A stretch of 64,000 nucleotides of DNA, from contig CAWEXO010000001.1 of assembly GCA_963813025.1 (NCBI GenBank), positions 128,001 to 192,000 of the forward strand. Direction: 5' to 3'. Below, piece by piece: positions 41,098-51,557 of the stretch; position 1 is the first letter of the stretch, and each line of letters opens with the position of its first letter. The notes under the pieces were generated by a model. That model did no database searches, was not told the DNA's origin, and was given only the letters and a program-made list of their open reading frames with translations. This DNA comes from an uncultured Verrucomicrobiae bacterium (GTDB lineage: Bacteria; Verrucomicrobiota; Verrucomicrobiia; Chthoniobacterales; JAFAMB01). The position numbers and the translations under genes are program-made.

Positions 41098-41690
41098 TCA
41101 GGCCGGGATAAAGCGCTCTTTTTGAAACTCGGCAAACAGGCGCAGCAACATTTCCTCGGTGTCAACGCATTCGTGGAAACCGAACCGACACGCCTTCGTA
41201 GTGTCGGAGATGACATCGTACTCGAGATTAAAAATAGCTTCTCCGAAGGCCAGGAAACAGCTTCCTGATAGGAGTAATTCCGCAAACCATACTTCTTGAC
41301 CATACGGTTCCAGATCGGCTCCTTGTCAGACACGAATGATGCCAACGGCAGGTGTTGAAAAGAACCGCAGGGAAGTTTAAAAAAATCTGCCAATCGCGGC
41401 CAAAGGTTCTCCCAACGGTTGATGTCCCCATTGGTGATATTAAATGCTTGGCCGTCGCACGCTTCGTTCTGACCAGCCCACACCATTGCTTTGGCCAAAA
41501 GATTTGCATCGGTTATCTCCATCAAAGCTTGGTAAGCCGCCGTCGAACCAGGGAACCGCAGCGCGAGGCCAAGTTCTTTGCACAGCGCCGCGTAGACCGC
41601 GATCACGGTCGCCATGTTCATCGGATTACCGACGGCAAACCCGCGGATGCAGGAGGGACGGAGGGCCGTCCAGGACCACGCGGTCCTTGT
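41098..41690 (-). pseudogene. PRISE-like SDR, C-terminal half (second copy), cut at its 5' side by a composite repeat
   Basis: WSWTALRP...GNPMN...AVYAALCKELG.LRFPG...GQAFNITNGD; the 3' ~270 bp closely match 36180-36455. Confidence 0.8.
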
Positions 41691-41692
41691 GC

Positions 41693-42315
41693 AAGGAAGT
41701 TCAGGGAAGTTTGGGAGGTATCGCCTCTGTCGGGAGGGCGATCCGCCTTGAGCGGACGAGCCCGGCGGCGCCGGGCGAAGACTCGTTCGAGCCGGGACTT
41801 TGTGGGTCGCCGCACACCCAAGACACGTGAAACAAGTTCTCGCTGGGGCCGCCGCTCGGCTCAAATAAAGAGAATGTCTCGCAACATCCGCTGACCCACG
41901 ACCGGTAGGGCGAAAATTCATTCGAGCGCCAGCGAGAACTTGTTTGAGCCGTCTTGGAGGGGTGGCACACCCCTTATGTCCGGCTCAAACGAGTCCTCGC
42001 TAAGGCTCGGACAAATTTCGCCCTACCGGACCAGGGCCGAGGCACATGTTGCGAGACACTCTCTTTATTTTCACCCTACCGATCTTGTCCGGTCGCAAAC
42101 AAAATATCAAAGCGCACCGGCGTGCTCCTAAGTTCGACAGATCCTTCCAGCCAGTGAGCGATGATCCTGCCTCGTCAGTTCTTCTCTGTAGCATCCGTGC
42201 TGAATCATCTTCGCGATCTTTGCGCGCTTCTGTGTCATTCTTCTGCGATCTGCGATTTGCGATCAGCCATCGGCTATCGGCTATCGGCACAGCCGCATAT
42301 GCTATTTGCGATTGC
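41693..42315. repeat. Full composite nested repeat, a close direct copy of 37930-38560
   Basis: Direct sequence comparison. Confidence 0.9.
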
Positions 42316-42339
42316 GAGCAAAGCGAGCCGAGTTCCTTG

Positions 42340-43161
42340 TCAATCGGCTACAACGATCTCAACCCCGGATTCGTTCAAGGCGGCAACAAGGCGCGGCGAG
42401 GGCATAGCATCCGTGACGAGAACATCGATCTGGTCAAGAGAGACTACGTGCGCGAAGACTGAGCGATCCAGCTTTGTAGCATCAGCCAACACGATCACGC
42501 GCCGCGCGGCTTCTATCATCGCGGCCATCATCGAAGCCTCTTCGAATATTGTTGTGGATAATCCGCGCTCTGATATCCCGCCGACTCCAAGAACGGCCGT
42601 GTCGGCACTGATAGGTCCTGCTTGCGGAAAGCCCACCGTGCCGATGGTGATCTGGGCGTGCACAAGGACCTGGCCACCCAGTAGATAGACCGCCCGGGCG
42701 GTCTCCGGCGTCAATGCCGACGCTATCCCGAGATCATTCGTAACGATCGTGAGATTTCTGCGGGAACCCAACTGACCGACAAAAGCCCGGGTGGTCGATC
42801 CGCCATAGATGAGTAATGTCTCGCCATCGGCGATCAAGCTCGACGTCTGGCGTGCGATGCGACTCTTCTCCGCTGCCTGTGAGACCAAGCGCTGTGTGAC
42901 CGGTACATCCGGCACGATCACGTCGTCCAAGGGAACCGCGCCGCCGTGAGTCCGCTTAAGTAAGCCTCGCTCGGCCAGGTAGTCCAAGTCACGTCGGATA
43001 GTGTCCAGCGAGACGGCAAACTGAGCCGCGCTTTCCGCAACGGTGATGGCGCCGCGTATTTTTGCAGTTTTTAGCAGTTCGCCGCGACGTTGTGCAGGTA
43101 TTGCATAGTCGGGGAGAAGGCCTTGATCCCCTTGGGCTTCTGATTTCGAATCAATGTCCAT
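42340..43161 (-). CDS. DeoR/GlpR family transcriptional regulator
   Basis: VSLDTIRRDLDYL...RTHGGA; EKSRIA; VLADATK. Confidence 0.92.
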   Translation of the reverse strand: MDIDSKSEAQGDQGLLPDYAIPAQRRGELLKTAKIRGAITVAESAAQFAVSLDTIRRDLDYLAERGLLKRTHGGAVPLDDVIVPDVPVTQRLVSQAAEKSRIARQTSSLIADGETLLIYGGSTTRAFVGQLGSRRNLTIVTNDLGIASALTPETARAVYLLGGQVLVHAQITIGTVGFPQAGPISADTAVLGVGGISERGLSTTIFEEASMMAAMIEAARRVIVLADATKLDRSVFAHVVSLDQIDVLVTDAMPSPRLVAALNESGVEIVVAD

Positions 43162-43311
43162 GCCGGTTTCTCGTCTTTTTGCGTGGCAACCTATCGAAAA
43201 GGCGTGTTCATCCAACCGTTGCTTGACATTGCGTTTAATGCTGATATCCGATAATACACTTAAAAACAAGAGGATTCATGCAGGCAGGATGCTGGATCTA
43301 GGAGAAAGTAA

Positions 43312-44643
43312 ATGCGTAAGAAACTGATCCAAGGTGCCGACGCTCAGGACAGTACTGATATGCGGCGTCGTGATTTCATTCGGGTTTCCGGGGGCGCGGT
43401 CGTAACCGCGACCATGGGCGCCCTTGGTATGCCGTCCCAGCTCTTCGCCCAGGGCAACCGAACGGAGATCACGTTCGCCAGTGCTCGGTTTTTTTCAACT
43501 GACACAATGCAGCAGGTGATCGAATCCTACAATAAGTCGCAGAATTCCGTACACGTCAGCTATATCGAACTGCCGCCGCCGAGTAGCTCCACAGAAGTTC
43601 ATCAGCAACTGGTCCAACAACTTGCCCGCAAAAACGGCTCACCTGATGTTTTTACACAGGATATTATTTGGATTGCCGAATTCGCACAGGCTGGCTGGAC
43701 ACTACCGCTCGACCACTATTTTGGTGCCGACGAGATGAAGGCTTTCTTTCCAGGTATTGTCCAGGGCTGCACTTGGAAAGGTCAGCTCGTTGGGATGCCC
43801 TGGTTCCTGGACTCCGGCAAGCTCTATTATCGAACCGACGTGTTACAGAAGCTCGGTGCCGGCGTTCCAGAGACCTGGGATCAGCTGATCGAGACGGCCC
43901 AGAAAGGTATGAGCGGAGACGTGCGTTTTGGTTTTATCTGGCAAGCCAAACAAGCCGAGATCCTGACTTGCACTCTGGTCTCATTCGTTGGGTCTAATGG
44001 CGGTTCTATTCTCGGTTCGGACGGAAAAACGGTAAAGATTGCCGAGCCCGAGGCCAAAGCCGCAGTGCAACTGATGCATGACACTATTCACAAGTACAAG
44101 GTCACGCCGTCTGACGTACTAACCTGGGACGAGGAACCATCGCGCAGGCCATTCACCGCCGGGCAATCGGTTTTTCTTAGAAACTGGAGCTATGTATGGT
44201 CGATCGCTCAGGACAAGACGCAGTCGGATGTTGTCGGCAAGGTTGAGGTCGCGCCACTCCCTCATTTTCCTGGTAAGAAGAGCGCGGCGTGCCTCGGCGG
44301 TTATCAGTATGGTGTTAACGCCTCGACGAAAAACAAGGAAGCGGCGATCGACTTCCTGCGCTGGCTATCCACTCCCGCGACCCAGTTGCACTTCGCGACG
44401 ACGGAGGGATTTGTGCCGACGCGTCTGGCCGTTTTTGATGAGCCAGAACTCGCGAAGACTCAGCCCTTTATCCAGAAGCTAAAGACCGTCTCCCTCGGCG
44501 CGATACCACGTCCGGTCACCCCGAAATACCCGCAGGTCACCCTTGTGCTCCAGTCAGAGGTCTCACGCGCCCTGGTCAGCGGTGACGTTGATGGCGCACT
44601 GAACAGAGCCAAGACGCAAATCCAAAGGATCGTCGGGGCATAA
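43312..44643 (+). CDS. Sugar ABC transporter substrate-binding protein with a Tat signal
   Basis: MRRRDFIR; DIIWIAEFA, YYRTD, FLRNWSY, PRPVTPKYPQV. Confidence 0.9.
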   Translation: MRKKLIQGADAQDSTDMRRRDFIRVSGGAVVTATMGALGMPSQLFAQGNRTEITFASARFFSTDTMQQVIESYNKSQNSVHVSYIELPPPSSSTEVHQQLVQQLARKNGSPDVFTQDIIWIAEFAQAGWTLPLDHYFGADEMKAFFPGIVQGCTWKGQLVGMPWFLDSGKLYYRTDVLQKLGAGVPETWDQLIETAQKGMSGDVRFGFIWQAKQAEILTCTLVSFVGSNGGSILGSDGKTVKIAEPEAKAAVQLMHDTIHKYKVTPSDVLTWDEEPSRRPFTAGQSVFLRNWSYVWSIAQDKTQSDVVGKVEVAPLPHFPGKKSAACLGGYQYGVNASTKNKEAAIDFLRWLSTPATQLHFATTEGFVPTRLAVFDEPELAKTQPFIQKLKTVSLGAIPRPVTPKYPQVTLVLQSEVSRALVSGDVDGALNRAKTQIQRIVGA

Positions 44644-44696
44644 TAAGTGGTCTTCCGGGTAGCTGTCGGACCTCATAGCAGGATCTGCGGCTACAC

Positions 44697-45644
44697 ATGC
44701 GGCTTATGGCGATCGCTAAAACACTGAGTCAGCAAGCGAGTCTGCGTCCGCCGTACGGTCGGTCCAAGGTTTGGGCGCCCGCGCCGGCACTATTGCTGGC
44801 GCCGGCGTTAGCGGCCATCGCAGCGATCTCGATTTATCCGGTGGTTCTTGGTCTCTGGCTCTCGCTCCGAGACACCACGCTATCATCTCCAACGGATTCA
44901 TTTGTCGGCCTGGCGAATTTCCAACAGCTTCTCTCGGATGGCCAGTTCTGGAACGCATGGGTACATACGATGGAATTTATGAGTGCGTCGACGCTGCTGG
45001 AAACTTTGATCGGATTGTTAATTGCGCTAAATCTGACGGAACGATTTCTGGGCCGCGGACTTGTCCGAGCAGCGATGTTAGTACCATGGGCGATTCCCAC
45101 GGTGGTAACCTCAAAGATGTTCGGCTGGTTGTTCGACGGACAGAACGGCGTCGTTAATTATCTTCTGCGAAGTGCCGGCTTCATCCAGCACAACATCAGT
45201 TGGTATGGATCGCCTGATCTTGCCTTAGGGACGATTGTCATTGCCGATGTCTGGAAGACTACTCCTTTTATGGCCCTGCTTCTTCTAGCCGGGCTGCAGA
45301 CTATTCCCCGTTCTCTTTCCGAAGCTGCCTTAATTGACGGCGCTAAGCCCTGGCAACGTTTCTGGTGCGTCAGGCTGCCATTACTGGCCCCCACCCTCCT
45401 GATCGCTGCGATGTTTCGCGCCTTGGATGCTTTCCGGATCTTCGATCTTGTCTACGTCTTGACTGGCGGCGGCCCGGCGGACTCTACCGAGGTCCTTTCA
45501 ACGTTAACCTACAAAAATCTCTTCTCGGCGCTCCAGCTCGGATATGGATCCGCACTCTCCACTGCGATGTTCATCACCGAAATTTTCATCGCTCTGGGCT
45601 TCGGGATCTTCATTTTGCGCAAACTGAAGGAGGTCGGCCAATGA
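44697..45644 (+). CDS. Sugar ABC transporter permease
   Basis: PWAIPTVV, DVWKTTPF, EAALIDGA, TGGGP. Confidence 0.92.
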   Translation: MRLMAIAKTLSQQASLRPPYGRSKVWAPAPALLLAPALAAIAAISIYPVVLGLWLSLRDTTLSSPTDSFVGLANFQQLLSDGQFWNAWVHTMEFMSASTLLETLIGLLIALNLTERFLGRGLVRAAMLVPWAIPTVVTSKMFGWLFDGQNGVVNYLLRSAGFIQHNISWYGSPDLALGTIVIADVWKTTPFMALLLLAGLQTIPRSLSEAALIDGAKPWQRFWCVRLPLLAPTLLIAAMFRALDAFRIFDLVYVLTGGGPADSTEVLSTLTYKNLFSALQLGYGSALSTAMFITEIFIALGFGIFILRKLKEVGQ

Positions 45645-46513
45645 AGGCTGCACCGGTCACTGAACAGATATCACCGCGAGGCTTTTCCTTGTTTCCTTGG
45701 AACCGAGTCGCGATCTACGCCTGTGCCCTGTTTGTTGTGTGTTGGTCAGTCGGACCATTCCTGTGGCAGATGTCTACCTCGCTACAGTTAGACAAGCGGC
45801 TAGTTAGCGGTAATCCGACGCTGATACCTGATCCGATAACCTTCGATCATTTTATTAACATCTTCGTGGGCAAAAACCTTCACCGGTACCTTCTTAATTC
45901 AGTAATTGTGGCCGGTACAACGACGTTTTTTTGTTTACTCTTCGGAGCCGTCGGAGCGTTTGCGCTCGCGCGACTCGATATCCGTGGCCGTTTTGGGATT
46001 CTGGGCTTCATTCTGGCGGTCTCGATGTTCCCGCAGATTGCGATCGTCGCTCCGCTCTACGTGTTAGCTTCGCAGTTCGGCTGGTTGGACACGTACAGAA
46101 TTCTGATTGTTGTTTACCTTGCGCTAGGCTTGCCATTGGTGATCTGGGTACTCTTCGGCTATTTCCGGACGATTCCACAGTCCATCGACGAGGCCGCACG
46201 AATCGACGGCGCAAGACCCCTGGCCATCTTTTTCTTGATCACACTCCCGATGTCTCTCCCCGGTGTCGTCACGACTGGGCTACTCTCCTTCATCGCTGCC
46301 TGGAATGAATTTATGTTCGCGCTAGCGTTCACCTCGGATATCAACCATCAAACCGTCCCCGTGGGCATCGCGAACTTTACGGACGTTCACTATATTCCGT
46401 GGGGTGATATCGCGGCGGCTTCTGTGGTTGTAACCCTTCCGCTTGTGGTGCTGGTACTCGTCTTCGAACGTAACATCATTGCTGGCCTCACAGGAGGAGC
46501 GATCAAGGAATGA
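45641..46513 (+). CDS. Carbohydrate ABC transporter permease
   Basis: ATG 45641 overlaps the upstream stop; EAARIDGA, FIAAWNEF. Confidence 0.92.
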   Translation: MKAAPVTEQISPRGFSLFPWNRVAIYACALFVVCWSVGPFLWQMSTSLQLDKRLVSGNPTLIPDPITFDHFINIFVGKNLHRYLLNSVIVAGTTTFFCLLFGAVGAFALARLDIRGRFGILGFILAVSMFPQIAIVAPLYVLASQFGWLDTYRILIVVYLALGLPLVIWVLFGYFRTIPQSIDEAARIDGARPLAIFFLITLPMSLPGVVTTGLLSFIAAWNEFMFALAFTSDINHQTVPVGIANFTDVHYIPWGDIAAASVVVTLPLVVLVLVFERNIIAGLTGGAIKE

Positions 46514-47814
46514 CTACCGGCCGATGGCAAGAGGTTTATTCTGATCTTATCAAGCGATTGCCCGATTTTGTCAGCGGTGCCCGGCTGGCGATGTGCGGCT
46601 TAGCCACGTGCGTCGATGCTTACGTGCGCTTAGATGCGGCAGAGAAACTGCTGAACGCGAAGAAAGGGACACCGCAAGCTGAGCTCGCGAAGGAACTGCT
46701 TCGAAGGGCAGCGGCCGGCATCGGCGGGGAGTTTCGGATGAATTGGCCGGCCGGAGGGACCTGGGTCGAAGAAAACCTTCAGGTCTCAAATTGGGGTATC
46801 GGTGGAACAGGAGCTCAAGCAGCACAAACGCTCGCTACACTCGGGGCACCGGCGCTGATGAGCTTGGAAGACCGGGGCGCGCGCCAGCTATCGGTTACTC
46901 ATCCGGACATCCAGGTAGGATCCAGTTCCGGTCTGGTTCGGTGCAGGGATCTTCCCGTCCTCAAAACCCAGAAACCCGCCCACTATATTTTCGAATTTAC
47001 CGAAGGAGTCAGGGTTGGATCTATCATTCCGAAACGTTCGACGCGAATAATCGTTCTATTCGCCCCTGATTCACTCGACAGAGATCCTGACTTCGCTCGT
47101 GAGAGTATCGCGGCCGCTCCTGGAGCGGGCGCGGGAATTTTGTGTGGCTTTAACGGAGTCGCTGACCGGGAATTGGATACGGCGGTCGGCGAGGCGCTGA
47201 GCCTGGCTAAGGCTTGGAGCGATCAAGGCCTCAAAACTATTCATTTGGAGCTAGGCGGCTATTCGCGCGACAACAACAGGGACGCCGTCTTGAACGGTCT
47301 CATTCGGGTTATCACCTCCCTTGGAATGAGCGAATCAGAGTTTCGCGGCTTGTTTGGGGAATCCCAAGATCCAGTCGCGGGAGCTCACGAACTCGCCGAA
47401 AGGTCCGGGCTCTCTCGCTTGTGCGTCCATGCTGACACTTGGGCAATGGCGATAACCCGGAACGATCCAGAACGCGAGCTCGAAGCGCTGCTGATGGGTT
47501 GTCTCCTGGCATCCACCCGCGCCGCGGTTGGGCGGGTCACGGTGCCACAGGGACTGCCGGACGGTTCACGATTCTTCGAGCCTCCTCTTCCGGTCTCGAA
47601 ACGCTGTGACGGTTGGTGTGCCGTCTGCTGTCCGGTGCCCTATCTCGCGACTCCGGTCGCCACGATAGGCCTTGGCGATACGTTCCTCGCCGGCACTTTG
47701 CTTGTTCTCAGCGCGGAGTTCGCGATGCCCCGGCCACGGCAGACGCATCGGCTTCCCGAAACGATAAGACGATTGACTAAATATTATGAATACACGTTTA
47801 AAAAACCACATTAG
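46510..47814 (+). CDS. ADP-dependent glucokinase/phosphofructokinase family sugar kinase
   Basis: CVDAY, GIGGE, GGTGAQAA, HYIFEF, IHLELG, SLGMSESE, CVHAD, TIGLGDTF (catalytic Asp). Confidence 0.8.
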   Translation: MTTGRWQEVYSDLIKRLPDFVSGARLAMCGLATCVDAYVRLDAAEKLLNAKKGTPQAELAKELLRRAAAGIGGEFRMNWPAGGTWVEENLQVSNWGIGGTGAQAAQTLATLGAPALMSLEDRGARQLSVTHPDIQVGSSSGLVRCRDLPVLKTQKPAHYIFEFTEGVRVGSIIPKRSTRIIVLFAPDSLDRDPDFARESIAAAPGAGAGILCGFNGVADRELDTAVGEALSLAKAWSDQGLKTIHLELGGYSRDNNRDAVLNGLIRVITSLGMSESEFRGLFGESQDPVAGAHELAERSGLSRLCVHADTWAMAITRNDPERELEALLMGCLLASTRAAVGRVTVPQGLPDGSRFFEPPLPVSKRCDGWCAVCCPVPYLATPVATIGLGDTFLAGTLLVLSAEFAMPRPRQTHRLPETIRRLTKYYEYTFKKPH

Positions 47815-48808
47815 CACGCGCGTTCCTGGCATTGATCCCGGGAAAATGCGCAGCTTTCAACGGGTTATTTCTCATGACGGATTCTTTCTGATCTGCGCGC
47901 TCGACCATCTTTCGGATTTCCAGGAGCTGCTGGATCCTGATCCAAAAACTGTCGATTACGCCCGCACAATGGATGCAAAGCTCGATCTAATTCGCGCCAT
48001 TTCCGGTGAGGTCAGCGCCTTCTTGCTCGATCCCCGCTTTGCCTTAGCGCAAGCCATTGCCTCGAGGGCCCTACCTGCGTCGATGGGCTTTATGTCATCC
48101 ATTGAGGACGAAGGTTACCACGGTTCTGAGTCCCGGATGACCAAGCTGCGACTGGGTTGGGGTACCCGCAAAATTAAACTGATCGGCGCCGACGTGTGTA
48201 AGCTGCTCTGGTTTTTCCGACCAGACAGTGGGACTGCCGACTTCCAGCGCGGCGTTCTAAAGCGCCTCGTGGCCGAGTGCGCGGCTCTTTCCCTGCCGCT
48301 CGTCGTCGAGCCGATCTGGTATTCGCTACCAGACGAACAACCGACGAGTACGGCATGGAAGGTCCGGCGCGTCGAGGGCATCATTGAATCCGCTCACGAA
48401 GCTAGTCGTTTCGGCGTTGACATGCTCAAAGTCGAGTTTCCTGGTGACGTCAGTTCCGAGGAAAGTCAAGACGAGGCTCTCGACGCGTGCCAACGCCTGG
48501 AAAAGGGCGTAAATGTGCCGTGGGTGATCCTCTCGGCAGGCGTTTCCTACGATAGCTTTAAGAAGCAAGTCGAGATTTCCTGCAAGGCGGGTGCATCCGG
48601 ATATCTCGCGGGGCGCTCGATTTGGCGCGATGCTGTGTCGACGCACGATCCCGGTGCGAAAAAGGGCGCGATTGCCGACGCGGTTGCGCGGCTTTCCGAG
48701 TTGAATGCGATTACTCGCGCTCACGGCAGGCCCTACCTCCCGGCATTCAGCGGAACGGCTCTCCAGGAGGCTTTGCCGGAATTCTGGTATGAAGGCTGGC
48801 ATCCCTGA
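47786..48808 (+). CDS. LacD/YihT-type class I ketose-phosphate aldolase (tagatose-1,6-bisphosphate aldolase family)
   Basis: CALDH, FLLDP, KLL, VVEP, DMLKVEFP, WVILSAGV, GYLAGRSIW. Confidence 0.85.
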   Translation: MNTRLKNHISTRVPGIDPGKMRSFQRVISHDGFFLICALDHLSDFQELLDPDPKTVDYARTMDAKLDLIRAISGEVSAFLLDPRFALAQAIASRALPASMGFMSSIEDEGYHGSESRMTKLRLGWGTRKIKLIGADVCKLLWFFRPDSGTADFQRGVLKRLVAECAALSLPLVVEPIWYSLPDEQPTSTAWKVRRVEGIIESAHEASRFGVDMLKVEFPGDVSSEESQDEALDACQRLEKGVNVPWVILSAGVSYDSFKKQVEISCKAGASGYLAGRSIWRDAVSTHDPGAKKGAIADAVARLSELNAITRAHGRPYLPAFSGTALQEALPEFWYEGWHP

Positions 48809-48816
48809 GAAATGTC

Positions 48817-49674
48817 ATGCCGCAAAAATTGAACTTTCTGAGCCAGATGACCGGGTCATTTGGCCTGTCCGCAGCCGGCAACCCGACCGTCGCCATGATT
48901 GAGGCGGCCTTTAATCATCATGGACTCGACTGGCGTTATATGAATTGTGAGGTTAAACCGGAAAAGCTGGGCGACGCTGTTCGCGGCGCTCGGGCAATGG
49001 GGTGGGCCGGTTTTAACTGCTCTCTGCCACACAAGGTTTCGGTCATCGAGCATCTCGACGGCCTCGGCGAGTCCGCAGCGATCATGCGCGCGGTTAATTG
49101 CGCAGTCCGACACGGGGACACGTTCATCGGCGAGAACACTGATGGAAAAGGGTTTATGATGTCTCTGCAAGGTATCGTAGATCCGCGCGGCAAGAATATT
49201 GTCCTATTCGGTGCGGGTGGAGCGGCCCGAGCGTTGGCGGTCGAACTCGCTTTGGCCGGCGCGCACTCGATATCTGTGGTGAACCGCAGTCGAGAGCGCG
49301 GCGCGGAATTGATCAGGGTCATAAATGACAAGACGCCTGCTAAGGGAGAGCTGGTTGTTTGGGACAAGACATATCAGGTGCGTCCGGATGCAGCCATCGT
49401 GATTAACGCCACCTCGATCGGTTTGTATCCAGATGTCGATGGTCGACTCGATATTGATACCGAATCACTCAAACCGGAGATGGTGGTTGCGGATGTCGTT
49501 CCGAGCCCACCCCGCACCAATCTCATTAAGGATGCCGAAGCGCGTGGCTGCACGATCGTCGACGGCCTTGGTATGCTGGTAAATCAAGGTGTCATCAGCA
49601 TAAAGTATTGGACCGGATTCGATGTTGACGCAGCGGTTATGAGGGGAAAGCTCGAGCATATTTATCGCTTATAG
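48817..49674 (+). CDS. Shikimate dehydrogenase (AroE/YdiB) family oxidoreductase, atypical
   Basis: NCSLPHK, AVN, ENTDGKG, GAGGAARA, VNRS, INATSIG, GLGMLVNQG. Confidence 0.85.
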   Translation: MPQKLNFLSQMTGSFGLSAAGNPTVAMIEAAFNHHGLDWRYMNCEVKPEKLGDAVRGARAMGWAGFNCSLPHKVSVIEHLDGLGESAAIMRAVNCAVRHGDTFIGENTDGKGFMMSLQGIVDPRGKNIVLFGAGGAARALAVELALAGAHSISVVNRSRERGAELIRVINDKTPAKGELVVWDKTYQVRPDAAIVINATSIGLYPDVDGRLDIDTESLKPEMVVADVVPSPPRTNLIKDAEARGCTIVDGLGMLVNQGVISIKYWTGFDVDAAVMRGKLEHIYRL

Positions 49675-49696
49675 GGGGCCGAGGAAACTTCGGCAG

Positions 49697-50280
49697 AGAA
49701 GTTCAGGGAAGTTCAGGGAAGTTCAGGGAAGTTTGAGCGGTATCGCCTCTGTCGGTAGGGCGAGAATTTATTCGAGCCCGGCGGAGCCGGGCGAAGACTC
49801 GTTCGAGCCGGAACTTTGCTGGTCGCCACACCCAAGGGCTGAAACAGGTTCTCGCCGGGCCGCCGCCCCGGCTCGAATAAGAGATTGTCTCGCAACATGG
49901 CCTTGGCCTGCTTCGGTAGGGCGAAAATTCATTCGAGCGTCAGCGAGAACTTGTTTGAGCCGTCTTGGAGGAGGTGGCACACCCTTATGTCCGGCTGAAA
50001 CGAGTCCTCGCTAAGGCTCGGATAAATTTTCGCCCTACCGGACCAGGGCCGAGGCCATGTTGCGAGACTCTCTAAATTGTCGCCCTACCGATCCTGTCCG
50101 GCCGCAAACAAAATATCAAATCGCACCGGCGTGCTCCTAAGTCCGACATACCCTTTCAGCTTGTGAGAGCTGATCCTGGCTGGCCCGTGGGTTCTTCTCT
50201 ATAGCGATCCGTGGTGAACCGTCTTGGCGATCTTTGCGCGCTTCTGTGTGAATCTTCTTCGATTTGCGATCTGCTCAGCC
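49697..50280. repeat. Composite nested repeat copy
   Basis: (GAAGTTCAGG)x3 lead-in, outer REP, GAGATTGTCTCGCAA...TTGCGAGACTCTC MITE, inner REP doublet, CTAAGTCCGACA. Confidence 0.9.
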
Positions 50281-50282
50281 GT

Positions 50283-50725
50283 CTACCCCCATTCCGGAAC
50301 CTGCTGATCGTAATGTATTCGGAGCCGTTGCAGCTCCACTCCCTCAAAGACGTGATCGAGTTCTGGGTCGCTCGAAACGGTGGGCAGCGAAACCTGTGCC
50401 TCTGTCACAAACCGTTTCCTGATTTCCCGGTTACCACCTGAGAAATAGCCGTCGCTCCACCAGTTCAAGATCCTCTCCCTAGCCTGACCTAACCGCGCCG
50501 CCGATGGCAGCTTTGCCGATTTTTCATGTTGATTGATCGACCGATGCGCCGGCATCAGGTTCCAGAGATCGTCACATGGCCAGGCTGTCCATGGAAAACA
50601 ATGATCGACATCCATCAAGTCGGGCTTAAGGGCTTTACCGGACCAGACGCAGACAAGCGGCTGCCTCACCATGATCTGCAGCGCAATCTCTCGGGCCAAA
50701 CCCGACATCACGCTCCGGATCCGAG
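50283..50725 (-). pseudogene. HNH endonuclease C-terminal fragment
   Basis: CVWSGKAL, DVDHCFPW, DLWNLMPA, INQHEKSAKLPS; the 5' part is missing where the ECF gene begins. Confidence 0.75.
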
Positions 50726-50789
50726 TTTCAGCAATTTTGTTCCAAAACGTGATTTCATCCGCTACTGTTGGTGAAATACGGAGTCTCTC

Positions 50790-51557
50790 TTGGAACGCGA
50801 CCATGGTCCGCCAGCGGAGGCGGCGAGCTTTCACACCACGCGCTGGACGATCGTTATGAAGGCGGCGCAAAGTCAGGCGCAAGGGGGGCAGTCCGCCTTA
50901 GCTCAGTTGTGCCGCACTTATTGGTATCCACTCTACATGTTCGCTCGCCGCCGCGGGCACTCCCCGGATGACGCCCAGGACTTGACCCAAGGTTTTTTCC
51001 TGCACCTGCTGGAACAACGGGCGCTGGCGGGAGTTGACCGGCTCAAAGGCAAGTTCCGGTCGTTTTTGCTCGCCTCTTTCCAGAACCATCTCTCGGATGA
51101 GGCCGATCGCACGCGCCGTCTTAAAAGAGGAGGAGACAAAGAATTCGTTGAGCTGAATACGGAAGAGGCCGAAGAACGCTATCGACTGGAGCCGGTCGAG
51201 TGTTTAACAGCAGAGAAAATGTTCGATGCTCGGTGGGCAATGACGCTCCTGGCCGAAGCTTTGGCCAAACTGCGCCAGGAGTATGCCACCGAGGGAAAAA
51301 CGTCCACGTTCGCATCGTTGAAAGTTTTCCTGGACCCAATTAACAGCAGAGCTCCACCCTCCTATGAAGAGGTCGCGAATCGGCTTCAGGTCAGCACGGG
51401 CGCGGTCAAAACACTTATCCACCGGTTGCGAAAGCGATACACCGCTCTGTTGCGCGAGGAGGTCGGCCGTACGGTGTCAGATCCGGCAGAAATCGACGAG
51501 GAAATCCATGCGCTCTGCGAAGCCTTAATCGCATCCGAAGGACGGTTAGGTCCATGA
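50790..51557 (+). CDS. ECF-type RNA polymerase sigma factor (kinase-associated type)
   Basis: FHTTRWTIV, LCRTYWYPLY.FARRRG, DAQDLTQGFF, KGKFRSFL, AVKTLIHRLRKRY. Confidence 0.9.
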   Translation: MERDHGPPAEAASFHTTRWTIVMKAAQSQAQGGQSALAQLCRTYWYPLYMFARRRGHSPDDAQDLTQGFFLHLLEQRALAGVDRLKGKFRSFLLASFQNHLSDEADRTRRLKRGGDKEFVELNTEEAEERYRLEPVECLTAEKMFDARWAMTLLAEALAKLRQEYATEGKTSTFASLKVFLDPINSRAPPSYEEVANRLQVSTGAVKTLIHRLRKRYTALLREEVGRTVSDPAEIDEEIHALCEALIASEGRLGP

